From the NCBI GenBank assembly GCA_030390025.1, contig CM059431.1, positions 143,408,001 to 143,472,000 on the forward strand: a DNA stretch of 64,000 bases, read 5' to 3'. The number at the start of each line of letters is the position of its first letter. Within the stretch, counting starts at the first letter, position 1. Positions 23,487 to 36,835 of this stretch are shown piece by piece. The translations under genes and the position numbers were made by a program. The notes beneath the pieces were generated by a model, which did not search any database, was not told where the DNA came from, and saw only the letters and a program-made list of their open reading frames with translations. Source of the stretch: Squalus acanthias (lineage: Eukaryota).

Positions 23487-24930
23487 GGCCCAGCCCCCCG
23501 CCCCCTCCCCCCCCACTGGTCCAGCCCCCTCATTGGCCCAGCCACCCACCTCCTCCACTGGCCCAGCCCCCTCCACTGACCCAGCCCCCTCCACTGACCC
23601 AGCCCCCTCCACCGGCCCAGCGACCCACCCCCTCCACCGGCCCAGCCCCCCGCCCCCTCCCCCTCCACTGACCCAGCCCCCGTCCACCGGCCCAGCCCCC
23701 CGCCCCCTCCACCAGCCCAGGCCCCCGCCCCCGCCACCGACCCGCCCCCTCCACTGGCCCAGCCCCCCGCCCCCTCCACCGACCCGCCCCCTCCACCGGC
23801 CCAGCCCCCCGCCCCCTCCACCGGCCCAGCCCCCCGCCCCCTCCACCGACCCGCCCCCTCCACCGGCCCAGCCCCCCGCCCCCTCCACCGGCCCAGCCCC
23901 CCGCCCCCTCCACCGGCCCAGCGACCCGCCCCCCCCACCGGCCCAGCGACCCGCCCCACCCACCGGCCCGCCCCCTCCACCGGCCCAGCCCCCCGCCCCC
24001 TCCACTGGCCCACCGACCCGCCCCCCGCCCCTCCACCGGCCCAGCCCCCCCGCCCCCTCCACCGGCCCAGCCCCCCGCCCCCTCCACCGGCCCAGCCCCC
24101 CGCCCCCCTCCACCGGCCCGCCCCCTCCACCGGCCCAGCCCCCCGCCCCCTCCACCGGCCCAGCGACCCGCCCCCTCCACCGGCCCAGCCCCCCCGCCCC
24201 CTCCACCGGCCCAGCCCCCCCGCCCCCTCCACCGGCCCAGCCCCCCGCCCCCTCCACCGGCCCAGCCCCCCGCCCCCTCCACCGGCCCGCCCCCTCCACC
24301 GGCCCAGCCCCCCGCCCCCTCCACCGGCCCAGCCCCCCGCCCCCTCCACCGGCCCAGCGACCCGCCCCCCCCACCGGCCCGCCCCCTCCACCGGCCCAGC
24401 CCCCCGCCCCCTCCACCAGCCCAGCGACCCGCCCCCCCCACCGGCCCGCCCCCCCCACCGGCCCAGCCCCCCGCCCCCTCCACCAGCCCAGCGACCCGCC
24501 CCCCCCACCGGCCCAGCCCCCCGCCCCCTCCACCGGCCCAGCCCCCCGCCCCCTCCACCGGCCCAGCGACCCGCCCCCCCCACCGGCCCAGCCCCCCGCC
24601 CCCTCCACCGGCCCAGCCCCCCGCCCCCTCCACCGGCCCAGCGACCCGCCCCCCCCCACCGGCCCAGCCCCCCGCCCCCTCCACCGGCCCAGCCCCCACC
24701 CCCTCCACCGGCCAGCCCCCGCCCCTCCACCGACCCGCCCCCCCCACCGGCCCAGCCCCCCGCCCCCTCCACCGGCCCAGCCCCCCGCCCCCTCCACCGA
24801 CCCGCCCCCTCCACCGACCCGCCCCCTCCACCGACCCAGCCCCCCGCCCCCTCCACCGGCCCAGCCCCCCGCACACACCCCCACTGACCCAGCCCCAAAC
24901 CCCCACCACCCACTTGCTCAACCCCCGCCA
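23487..24930. repeat. C-rich (G-rich on minus) ~25-bp minisatellite (ccggcccagccccccgccccctcca)
   Basis: ~1.45 kb of tandem variant units. The Gly/Pro-rich ORFs in four frames are artefacts of the repeat. Confidence 0.95.
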
Positions 24931-24934
24931 CAAG

Positions 24935-25640
24935 GAGCCTTTATGTGACCAAACATTTGGTCAAAGAAGTAGTTTTTAAGGAGCGTCGTAAAGGAGCAGA
25001 GAGAGGTAGACAGGTTTATAGAGGGAATTCCAGAGCTTTGGGCCTCCGCAGCTAAAGGCACGGCCGCCAATGGTGGAGAGAAGGAATTCGGAGATGTGAC
25101 ACAGATCTGAATTGGAGGAGCGCAGGGATTTCGGAGGGATGTAGGACTGGATGAGATTACAGACATAGGGAGGGGCAAGGCCATGGAGGGGATTGAAAAC
25201 AAGGATGAGAATTATAAAATCAATGCAATGCCGGACCCGGACCCAATACAGGTCAGCGAGCACAGGGATAATGGGTGAACGTGACTTGTTGCGAGTTAGA
25301 ATGCGCGGAGCAGATTTTTGGATGAGTTCAAGTTTATGGAGAGTGGAAGAATGGGAGGCCGGTCAGGAGAGCCTTGGAGTTTAGAGGTACCAAAGGAATG
25401 GATGAGGGTATCAGCAACAGATGAGCTGAGGCAGGGTCAGAGACCGGCACTGTTACGGATCTGGAAGTAGACGGTGTTGGCTATGGAGTGGATATGTGGT
25501 CAGAAGCTCATCGTACAGTCAAATACGACAGCAAGGTTACGGATGCTCTGATTCAGCCTCAGACAGTGGGCAGGGAGAGGGATGGAGTCGATACCTCGGA
25601 ACACAGCTCGTGGCGGGGATCGAAGACAATGGCTAATGTT
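24935..25640 (-). mobile_element. L2-clade LINE, 3' fragment
   Basis: LADLYWVRV...FNPLHGLAPPYVCNL...IGGRAFSCGGPKLWNSL. Confidence 0.8.
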
Positions 25641-25994
25641 CCCTTTCTACCTGTCCCACAGGTGCTGCTCACCCAGGAGAATCCCTCCCACTGACACAGC
25701 TGGTTGATGCTTTTCATGCATCTCCACACAACAGCAGGTGCACGGTCTAGGAAACACTTACAATGGAAAGACTGGTCACACTCACAGGCCGAGGGGTTGG
25801 ACGTCCAGCGGGCACAGGAGTTTGGTCAGTGTGGCGCGGGTAGAGGCAGAGGAAAGAGAGGGGGAGGCAGGGGGCAGAGTGGGACAGGAATTTATTGCAC
25901 TCTGAACAGTCCTACCCTGAATATAACGGGACATTGTACAAGGGAGGAAACATACATCTCTTCTAATATTAAAACCAACATCTAATATTATTAC

Positions 25995-26222
25995 GAACAG
26001 CAAAATACTGGAGATGCTGGAAATCTGTCATAAAAGCTGAAAATGCTGGAAACACTCAGCGGGTCAGGCAGTGTCTGTGGGGAGGGGACGGTGGGGTTAA
26101 CGGTTCAGGTCAATGACCTTTCCTGAGAACAGGTTCAGGATCTGAAACATTAACCCCACCTTCCTCTCCCCACAGTCGCTGCCTGACCCGCTGAGTGTTT
26201 CCAGCATTTTCAGCTTTTATTT
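25995..26222. mobile_element. palindromic non-autonomous element (Penelope-like inverted pLTR or MITE-like)
   Basis: ~80-bp inverted arms (ataaaagctgaaaatgctggaaacactcagcgggtcaggcag... / ...ctgcctgacccgctgagtgtttccagcattttcagcttttat), flanked by the direct repeat tctaatatta. Confidence 0.65.
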
Positions 26223-26479
26223 CTAATATTACTCATCCCCATTTCAGACTATATTCTGTGTTTTACTTGGTTTGGGTTCTCACCACTTCAGAATACACTG
26301 GGAATCTGATGCTTGCTGTGTATCTGACGTTGATTTTAGAAGCACATTCCCTGCTTGCTTTGACCGGTGTTGTTCTACCTCTGTATTGTGTGTGTCTGTG
26401 ACCAATGAAACAGGAGGCAAACACTCACCCGGCGTTTAATGTATTTCACCGTCCCCAGTACTAAACACTGGGAATGTCC

Positions 26480-28670
26480 AAAGGTAACTTAAATAAAGCC
26501 AATTACAATGGCATGAGGGGCGAGTTGGCTAAAGTAGATTGGAAAAATAGATTAAAAGGTATGGCGGTAGATAAGCAGTGGCTAGAATTTAAAGAAATAT
26601 TTCATAATTTTCAAAAAAATACATTCCATTGAGACAAAATCTCCACACGAAAAGTGATCCAACCGAGGCTAACTGAAGAAGTTAAGGATAGCATTAGATT
26701 GAAAGGAGAAGCTTATAATGTTGCGAAGAATAATAGTAAGCCTGAGGATTGGGAGAGTTTCAGAAACCAGCAAAGGTTCACCAAAAAAATGATGAGGGAA
26801 AAATAGTAGAGAAAACTAGCAAGAAATATAAAAGCAGATTGTAAGAGCCTCTACAAGTATGTAAAAAGGAAGAGAGTAGTAAAGGTAAATGTTGGTCTCT
26901 AGAGGCTGAGACAGGAGAAATTATTAAGGGGAATAAAGAAATGGCAGAAACGTTAAACAAATATTTTGTATCTGTCTTCACAGTCGAAGACACAAAAAGT
27001 ATATCAAAAATGGTGGGGAACCAAGGGTGAGGAACTTAATGTAATTAATCTAAGTAGAGAAAAAGTACCAGCGAAATTAATGGGACTAAAAGCCGACAAA
27101 GCCCCTGGACCTGACGGCCTACATCCTAGGGTTCTAAAAGAGCTGGCTGAAGAGATAGTGGATGCATTGGTTTTGATCTTTCAAAATTCCCTCGATTCTA
27201 GAACGGTCCCAGCGGATTGGAAGGTCGCAAATGTAACATCGCTATTCAATAAAGGGGGAAGAGAGAAAACAGGGATCTACAGGCCAGTTAGCCTGATATC
27301 AGTCGTTGGGAAAATGCTGGAATCCATTGTTAAGGAAGTGGTATCAGGGCACTTGGAAAATCATAAGATGATTAGGCAGAGTCAACATGGTTTTATGAAA
27401 GGAAAATCATGTTTGACAAATTTATTAGAGTTTTTTGAGGATGTAACTAGCAGGGTAGATAAAGGGGAACCAGTGGATGTAGTATATTTGGATTTCCAAA
27501 AGGCAATCGATAAGGTGCCACATAAAAGGTTATTACACAAGATTAGGGCTCATGGGGGTGGGGATAATATAGTAGCATGGATAGAGGAATGGTTAACGGA
27601 CAGAAACGAGAGAGTAGGGATAAACGGATCTTTTTCAGGTTGGCAGGCTGTAACTAGTGGGGTGCCGCAAGGATCAGTGTTGGGGCCTCAGCTATTTACA
27701 ATCTATATTAATGACCTAGATGAAGGGTCCGAGTGTAATGTATCCAAGTTTGCTGACGATACAAACTAGGTGGGACAGTAAGCTGTGAGGAGAACACAGA
27801 GTCTGCAAAGGGATATAGACAGACCAAGTGAGTGGTCAGTAAGGTGGCAGATGGAGTATAATGTAGGGAAATGTGAGGTTATTCACTTTGGTAGGAAGAA
27901 TAGAAAAACAGAATATTTTTTAAATGATGAGAAACTTTTAAATGTTGGTATTCAGAGTGATTTGGGTGTCCTCGTGTAAGAAACACAGAAAGCTAGCATG
28001 CAGGTACAGCAAGCAATAAGGAAGGCAAATGGCATGTTTGCCTTTATTGCAAGGGGGTTGGAGTATAAGAGTAAGGTAGTCTTGCTACAATTGTACAGGG
28101 CCTTGGTGAGACCACACCTGGAGTACTGTGCACAGTTCTGGTCTCCTTATCTAAGGAAGGATATACTTGCCTTGGAGGCGGTGCAGCGAAGGTTCACTAG
28201 ATTGATTCCTGGGATGAGAGGGCTGTCCTATGATGAGAGATTGTGTAGAATGGGCCTGCACTCTCTGGGGTTTAGAAGAATGAGAGGTGATCTCATTGAA
28301 ACATACAAGATTCAGAAGGGGATTGACAGGGTAGATGCTGAGAGGTTGTTTCCCCTGGCTGGAGTGTCTAGAAATAGGGGGCATAGCCTCAGGATAAGGG
28401 GTCGGCCATTTAAGGTCGAGATAAGGAGGAATTTCTTTACTCAGAGGGTTGTGAATCTTTGGAATTCTCTGCCCCAGAGGGCTGTGAATGCTGAGTCTTT
28501 GCAGTACATTCAAGGCTGAGATAAGAGATTTTTGGGCTCATGGGGAATCCAGGGATATGGAGATCGGGCGGGAAGTGGAGTTGAGGTCGATGATCAGCCA
28601 TGATCTTACTGAATGGTGGAACAGGCTCGAGGGGCTGTATGGCCTACTCCTGCACCTATTTCTTATGTAA
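26480..28670 (+). mobile_element. 5'-truncated CR1 LINE (family A)
   Basis: 267-aa RT ORF ([42 protein letters not shown]), C-terminal ORF, and tail ctcctgcacctatttcttatg. Confidence 0.95.
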
Positions 28671-28889
28671 TAACACTGTGCTCATCATTCACTATCTGAC
28701 AATACTCCATAACTGCTGGTCATAGGCTATAGGTTTGTCTCTGCATCGTGTTCAATGAATTGATTTTAATTAGTTTCTCTGTTCGATCATTCCCCTTGAT
28801 TTGTCACCAGACCAGAGACATTTTAAAATTGAGATCTGATGGTGTCAGTGTGAATTGAGCCCCACCTAATAACCAGAAACATGTCCAAC

Positions 28890-31390
28890 TGCTGGGCTCT
28901 GCCCCAGAGTCACCTCTTATATCAAACCCCTTTACACTAAAACATACACAAGATTCAATTGTGACTGCTTGCTCAGAGACAGAAACTGATCTCACTTCAT
29001 ATCCCACTGCACAGCCTCATGCTAGATAATTGTGCTCGGTGGTCAGACTCTCCCAGTTTCATTCTCACCATTTCCTGACTTACCCTATAACCCTTGTGTA
29101 CTGTCTCCAGGAGCAGGGTGTATCTGAGTCAAGAGGACTTTTTCTTAATTTCACCGCAGTCGATCTCTGAAGCTCTTTGAATCGGAAGGGTTCTCTCTGG
29201 TTGGTGCTCTCACAATCCTGTGCTGGTTCACCTGCTGTTGTTCCTCAGTCTACAATCCCTGTTTACTTCCAGCTGTGCACCTTCCTCAATCACTCCATCA
29301 TTCACCGGGAGATCTAATTATGGCAGGGCAGAAAATGAGAATAATATTGAAAGCGTGAAATAATGTAATGTAGACTTTTATTCTGCATAATAAAAGTTAA
29401 ATTTCAAGGCCGAGTACTTTTGCCCCTTTCCGCAGATCCACAGCCCAGCTTCCTGAATGCCCCCAGAGTTCTGAGCGCAAATGTGCAATTTACTCTGCTT
29501 TAGACAAACAGTTGCTGTCTGATCACACTGGGCCCATCCTCCCCGGGTTACACACTGTCTGATCTCAGTGGGCCCATCCTCCCCGGGTTACACACTGTCT
29601 GATCTCACTGGGCCATCCTCCCCGGGTTACACACTGTCTGATCTCACTGGGCCCATCCTCCCCGGGTTACACACTGTCTGATCTCACTGGGCCCATCCTC
29701 CCCGGGTTACACACTGTCTGATCTCACTGGGCCCATCCTCCCCGGGTTACACACTGTCTGATCTCACTGGGCCCATCCTCCCCGGGTTACACACTGTCTG
29801 ATCTCACTGGGCCCATCCTCCCCGGGTTACACACTGTCTGATCTCACTGGGCCCATCCTCCCCGGGTTACACACTGTCTGATCTCACTGGGCCCATCCTC
29901 CCCGGGTTACACACTGTCTGATCTCACTGGGCCCATCCTCCCCGGGTTACACACTGTCTGATCTCACTGGGCCCATCCTCCCCAGGTTACACACTGTCTG
30001 ATACTGGGCCCATCCTCCCAGGGTTACACACTGTCTGATCTCACTGGGCCCATCCTCCCAGGGTTACACAATGTGTGATATCACTGGGCCCATCCTCCCC
30101 GGGTTACACACTGTCTGATCACACTGGGCCCATCCTCACCCGGTTACACACTGTCTGATCTCACTGGGGCCATCCTCCCCAGGGACTCAATCTCCATGGC
30201 CTTGCTCAGGTTGAGGCAGATGGACTGGAATGTCTTTTCACTGCGCTCCTGGGAAAAGGCAGACAGTGGGAAAGTTCACTACATCGTCCCCAGTGCTGGG
30301 AGGAATACATCTGAACATAGCGACAGGAGGAGGCCATTCAGCCCCTCCAGATTGTTCCACCATTCAATTAGATCATGGCTGATCTGGGTCTTCACTCAAT
30401 GCATCCGCCGTGGTCCGTCAACCCTTAATGCCTAACAAGCATCTATTAATCTCAGTTTTGGTATTTTCCAATTGACCACGCCTCAACAGAGAGTTCCAGA
30501 TTTCCACTATCCTTTTGGTGAAGAAATACTTTGACATCATTAGAGCTTAGCTCTAATTTGAAGGTTATGCCTCATTGTTCAAGACTCCTCTGCCAGAGGA
30601 AATAATCTCTCTATCCACCTGACCGAATCCTTTAATCATCTTAAACACCTCAATTAGATCACCACTTCATCTTCTGGGGAATACAAAACCTAATCAATGC
30701 AACCTGTCCTCATAATTGAACACTTTTATCTCCGGTGTCATTCCAATGAACCTGCGCAGCATCCCCTCCAGACCAATATATCTTCCGAGGGGCGGTTCCC
30801 AGAACTGAACAACATGTGGAATAATATTCACTATTCAAAATGTATTGAGACAGGTGTTATCAAATTTAGAACAAAGCGTTAATAAACCACGGCAAGAGGA
30901 AGTCTTACGAATTATAGGTATCTATATAACCTACTTCTCAGAAACAACAGGTTCCTACTCCTAGGCTGCCCATTACATAGACTGCAGTTTACACTGAACG
31001 TTTCACAGTCCTTCAGATACAAGTTGGAGCCAGCACCTCTAGTGCTGAGATCAGACAGATTGTTACCCTGGAAATAGAGGAACTCGATTGCCGAAAATAA
31101 CTGAACACAGAAATAACAAAACCTACATCACATGTTCTGAGTTTAGTTCAGAACATTAACCCTGAACATTCAGCCAGTGTTTCTGACCATGAAGCTGTGA
31201 TTCCAATAATGGATTTTTTACTCCACCAGACCAGACACTGCAGATTTACTGAATCCACCGTCAGTTCCCTCTGTACAGAACATTATGCAGCGCCGCATCT
31301 GCAGAGGTACATCCATAAAATCGTCACATTGCTAGAAATAGAGCCTGTCTGCTCTGAAAATCTGATTGTCTTAAACCATCTGTTAACAGT
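28890..31390. repeat. segmental duplication unit A of the 5' module
   Basis: Aligns by eye with 36075-37020 plus 39120-40505, and with 47390-48310. Confidence 0.85.
29515..30185. repeat. 40-bp minisatellite (ctgtctgatctcactgggcccatcctccccgggttacaca), ~17 copies
   Basis: Near-perfect tandem units. Confidence 0.95.
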
Positions 31391-31599
31391 GATCATTTAA
31401 ATTACACAATACTGAATTTGATGCCACAATATCTGATCGTCACCGTTGTACATCTGAAATGTTCCAAAAATTTCGGTAAAGGACAATTCTGGATACTCCA
31501 GTCAGTCTTTGAAGAGCTGAAACATGGTGTTTTTAGGCTCCACGATAATCGGGGGACTGTGTTGAACGAGCAGGGAAACAAATCTAGAAAATAATTGGG

Positions 31600-34500
31600 A
31601 CAAACACCTCTCTCAGTTTAATAAACTTGTGCATCTAAATTTAAGTGCCTTGGTGTAGATTAAAAGATATACGTGTTCCAAATTTTAAAATTAATTAATT
31701 AATTAATTGAGATGGGAGACCAGGCAATGTGCTGTTGTTGTTCCATGTGGGAGCTGGTGGACACCATTGAGGCCCACAGTGACCACATCTGCAGCAAATG
31801 TAGTCTGCTTGAGGACCTTCGGCTCAGAGTTGATGAGCTGGAGTCCGAGCTTCGGACACTGCGACACATTAGGGAGGGGGAGCGATACCTGGACACTAAG
31901 TTCCAGGAGGCAGTCACACCCACTACAGTAATTACTTCCAATTTGGCCCATGGTCAGGGACAGGAGGGTGTGACTACAAGTGAGGCAGGTATTGGGATCC
32001 AGGAGGTAGTGGTGGAGGAGCCTCAGCCCTTGGCCTTGTCCAACAGGTACGAGATTCTTGCTCCCTGTGTGGACGAGGCCAAGGACTGCAGGGAGGATGA
32101 GCAAATTGAGCACAGCACCATGGTACAGGGAGCCATTCAAGTGGGGGGAGTAAAAAGAAATGTTGTAGTGATTGGGGACAGTATAGTGAGGGGGATAGAT
32201 ATTGTTCTGTGCAGCCGAGAGCGCGAGTCCCGAAGCCTGTGTTGCCTGCCCGGTTAAGGACATCTCCTCTGGGCTGGAGAGAAACTTGGAGTGGGAGGGG
32301 GAAGATCCAGTTGTCATGGTCCAAGTAGGTACCAATGACATAGGTAGGACAAAGAAAGAGATTCTGCTGAGAGAGTATGAGCAGCTAGGGGCTAAATTAA
32401 AAAGCAGAACCACAAAGGTAATAGTCTCTGGATTACTACCTGAGCCACGAGCGAATTTGCATAGGGTAAATAAGATCACAGAAATGAACGAGTGGCTCAA
32501 AGACTGGTGTGGGAGAAATGGGTTTTGATTTGTGCGGCACTGGCACCAGTACTGGGATAAGAGGGAGCTGTTCCGTTTGGACGGGCTTCACTTGAACCAT
32601 GCGGGGGCTAGAGTCCTGGCGAATCGAATAACTAGGGCTGTAGAGAGGGCTTCAAACTAAATAGTGGGGGGAGGGACCATGTGAGCGGGTATTTAAAAAG
32701 TGAATGAGAAATGAGAAAGCAATAGAGCAGGATAGAGATGGGGGAAATAATAACCAGAGTGTAACAGGGAGGGACAGAATGTTTAAAAATAAGAGTGCAA
32801 CAGAAAATGGGGCCCAAACAAGAAATGATAAAAAGACAAAGTTAAAAGCTCTATATCTGAATGCACGCAGCATTTGTAACAAGATAGATGAGTTGACGGC
32901 ACAAATAGATGCAGATGGGGATGATCTGATCGCCATTACAGAGACGTGGTTGCAAGGTGACCTGGGCTGGGAACTGAATATTCCAGGGTATTTGACAATT
33001 CGGAAGAATAGACAGAAAGGAAAGGGAGGTGGGTTGGCTTTGTTGGTAAAGGATGGGATCAGTGCAGTGGTGAGAAGTAATATTGGCTCAGATGATCAAG
33101 ATGTAGAATCGGTTTGAGTGGAGATAAAAAATAATAAAGGGGAAAAAGTCTCTGGTGGGCATAGTCTACAGGCCCCCGAACAATAGCAATACTGTTGGAC
33201 AGAGTATAAATCAACAAATAATGGAGGCCTGTAAAAAAGGTACGGTAATAATCATGGGTGATTTTAATCTCCATATTGATTGGACAAATCAAATTGGCCA
33301 TGGTAGCCTTGAGGAGGAGTTCATAGAGTGCATCCGGGATGGTTTCCTCGAACAGTATGTAATGGAACCAACCAGGGAGCAGGCTATCTTGGATTTGGTA
33401 GTGTGTAATGAGACAGAATTAATAAATGATCTCATAGTAAAGGATCTTCTAGGAAAGAGCGATCATAGCACAGTTAGATTTCAAATTGAGTTGGAGGGTG
33501 AGAAAGTTGTATCTCAAACCAGTGTCCTGATCTTAAACAAAGGGAATTACGATGGCATAAGGGCAGAACTGGCTAAATAAATTAAAGGGCAAGACTGATG
33601 AAATGCAGTGGCGGACATTTAAGGAGATATTTCATAACTCTCAACAAAAATATATTCCAGTGAGAAAGAAAGATTTTAAGAAAAGGGAGCACCATCCGTG
33701 TCTAACTCAGGAAGTAAAGGGTGGTATCAAATTGAAAACAAAGACATAAAATGTTGCCAAGATTGGTGGGAGACCAGAGGATTGGGAAATTTTTAAAAAA
33801 CCAGCAAAGGATGACTAAAAAAATTATAAAGAGAGAGAAGGTGAATTATGAGAGTAAACTGGGAAGAAATATTAAAACAGATAGTAAGAACTTCTACAGG
33901 TATATAAAAAGGAAGAGAGTAGCTAAAGTAAACGTTGGTCCCTTAGAGGATGAGACTGGGGAATTAATATTGAGGAACAGGGAAATGGCAGAGACTCTGA
34001 ACAAATATTTTGTATCTGTCTTCATGGTAGAAGTCACTAACAACATCCCAATAATGGATAATCAAGGGGCCACAGGGAAGGGGGGAACTAAAGACAATCA
34101 CTATCACGAAGGAAAAAGTACTTGGCAAAATAATGGGACTAAAAGATGACAAGTCCCCTGGACCAGATGGCCTGCATCCCAGGGTCTTAAAAGAAGTGGC
34201 TGCAGAGATAGTGGATGCATTGGTTGCAATATACCAAAATTCCCTGGACTCTGGAGAGGTCCCAGCGGATTGGAAAACCGCAAATGTAACACCCCTATTT
34301 AAAAAAGGAGGGAGACAGAAATCAGGAAACTATAGACCAGTTAGCCTAACATCTGTCGTTGGGAAAATGCTGGAGTCCTTCATTAAGGAAGCAGTAGCAG
34401 GGCATTTGGAAAATCATAATGCAGTCAAGCAGAGGCAGTATGATTTTATGAAAGGGAAATTAATTATGTTTAACAAATTTGCTGGAGTTCTTTGAGGATG

Positions 34501-35715
34501 TAACGAGCAGAGTGGACAAAGGTGAGCCAGTGGATGTGGTGTATTTGGATTTCCAGAAGGCATTCAATAAGGTGCCACACAAAAGGTTACTGCATAAGAT
34601 AAGAGTTCACGGAGTTGGGGGTAATATATTAGCATGGATAGAGAATTGGCTAAGTAACAGAAAGTCGGGATAAATCCGGTTGGCAAACGGTAACTAGTGG
34701 GGTGCCACTGGGATCGGTGCTGGGGCCCCAACTATTTACAATCTACATTAATGACTTGGATGAAGGGACCAAGTGTAATGTAGCCAAGTCTGCGGATGAT
34801 ACAAAGATGGGTGGGAAAGCAAGTTGTGCAGAGCATCAAAGAATCTGCAAAGGGATATAGACAGGCCAAGTGAGTAGGCAAACATTTGGCAGATGGAGTA
34901 TAATGTGGGAAAGTGCGAGGTTATCCACTTTGGCAGGAAAAATAAAAAAAAGCAAATTATTTAAATGGAGAAAGATTACAAAATGCTACAGTTCAGAGGG
35001 ACCTGGGGGTCCTTGTGCATGAAACACAAAGTTAGCATGCAGGTACAGCAAGTAATCAAAAAGGCAAATGGAATGTTGGTCTTTATTTCAAGGGGGTTGG
35101 AGTATAAAAGCAGGGAATTCCTGCTACAACTGTACAGGGGATTGGTGAGACCACACCTTGAGTACTGCGTGCAGTTTTGGTCTCCTTATTTAAGGAAGGA
35201 TATACTTGCATTGGAGGCAGGTCATAGACGATTCACACGGTTAACTCCAGAGATGAGGGGGTTGATTTATGAGGAAAGGTTGAGCAGTTTGGGCCTATAT
35301 CTCATTGGAATTTAGAAGAATGAGAGGAGATCTTATTGAAACATACAAGATACTGAGGGGGCGCCACAAGGTAGATGCAGAGAGGATGTTTCCCCTCGTG
35401 GGGAAATCTAGAACTTGGGGGCACAGTTTCAGAATAAAGGGTCGCCCTTTTAGAACTGAGATGAGGAGGAATTTCTTCTCTCAGAGGGTCGTAAATCTGT
35501 GGAATTCTCTGCCCCAGAGAGCTGTGGAGGCTGGGTCATTAAATACATTTAAGGTGGAGATAGACAGATTTTTGCAAGATAAGTGAGTGAAGGGTTATGG
35601 GGAGCGGGCAGGGAAGTGGCTTTGAGCCCAAGATCAGCCCTGATCTTATTGAATGGCGGAGTAGGCTCGAGGGGCCGAGTGGCCTATTCCTGCTCCTATT
35701 TCTTACATTATGTCC
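31600..35715 (+). mobile_element. near-full-length CR1 LINE (ORF1 zinc finger/leucine zipper plus SGNH esterase; ORF2 APE-RT), inactivated
   Basis: ORF1 CxxCxMWE...HICSKC...LRLRVDELE, VVIGDSIVRG, VGTND, DGLHL. ORF2 LYLNARSI, IAITETW, MGDFN and RT motifs. Multiple stops and frameshifts. CR1 tail. Confidence 0.95.
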
Positions 35716-36284
35716 TTAACCCTCGGCCGAGGAAGGGAGCTGGATCAGGTGACCACACAAAATAATAAAGATTTGTGAAATTGCTCCCAATTTATTAAAA
35801 TATAAGGCTTATGTATCATTTTATCACCTGTTTATGAAGAAATGAATCATTTAATTCAACTGCAATTGTGAAATCCAGCAAAAGATTCACAGAGTAAATA
35901 CATTTTCGTAAAACCCAACATCCAGTTCAGAACTGTGAGACTTGAGAGTTGGATATGAAATATATTTGAATGTCTGGTACCACCTTAACAGGCAGTATAA
36001 TATCGATATTATGGCCACCAGAAAGGTCGGTTCTTTGAGTTGGTGCTGGGGGTGGGGCGATAGTTACTGTCTACTGGCCTCGGCCTCAGACTGGAGTCAC
36101 CTCTTAAATCAAAACCCTTCACTCTAAAACACACACAAGATTCACTGTGACTGTGTGATTAGAGACAGAAACTGATCGCATCTCACATTTCATTGCATGG
36201 CCTCATGCTTGATAACTGTGCTCGGTGGTCAGACTCTCCCAGTCTCATTCTCACCATTTCCTGCCTTACTGTGCAGCCTGTGTG

Positions 36285-36835
36285 TCCCATCTCCAGGACC
36301 AGTGTGTATCTGAGTCAATGGGACACTCTGACCTTTCTCCCCAGTCCATCTCCAGGACCAGTGTGTATCTGAGTCAATGGGACTCTCTCTGACCTTTCTC
36401 CCCAGTCCATCTCCAGGACCAGTGTGTATCTGAGTCAATGGGACTCTCTCTGACCTTTCTCCCCAGTGCATCTCCAGGACCAGTGTGTATCTGAGTCAAT
36501 GGGACTCTCTCTGACCTTTCTCCCCAGTCCATCTCCAGGACCAGTGTGTATCTGAGTCAATGGGACTCTCTCTGACCTTTCGACCCAGTCCATCTCCAGG
36601 ACCAGTGTGTATCTGAGTCAATAGGACTCTCTCTGACCTTTCTACCCAGTCGATCTCCAGGACCAATGTGTATCTGAGTCAATGGGACTCTCTCTGACCT
36701 TTCTCCCCAGTCCATCTCCAGGACCAGTGTGTATCTGAGTCAATGGGACTCTCTCTGACCTTTCTACCCAGTCCATCTCCAGGACCAGTGTGTATCTGAG
36801 TCAATGGGACTCACTCTGACCTTTTTCCCCAGTCG
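36285..36835. repeat. 61-bp minisatellite (ccatctccaggaccagtgtgtatctgagtcaatgggactctctctgacctttctccccagt), ~9 copies
   Basis: Tandem units, each containing TGAGTCA. Confidence 0.95.

Noticed and set aside
23415..24948. 467-491-aa Gly-rich and Pro-rich ORFs
   Set aside because: Open in several frames on both strands only because the GC-rich minisatellite lacks stop codons.
26428..26462. Possible micro-exon with donor GG|gtgagt on the minus strand
   Set aside because: The acceptor is weak and nothing else supports it without transcript data.
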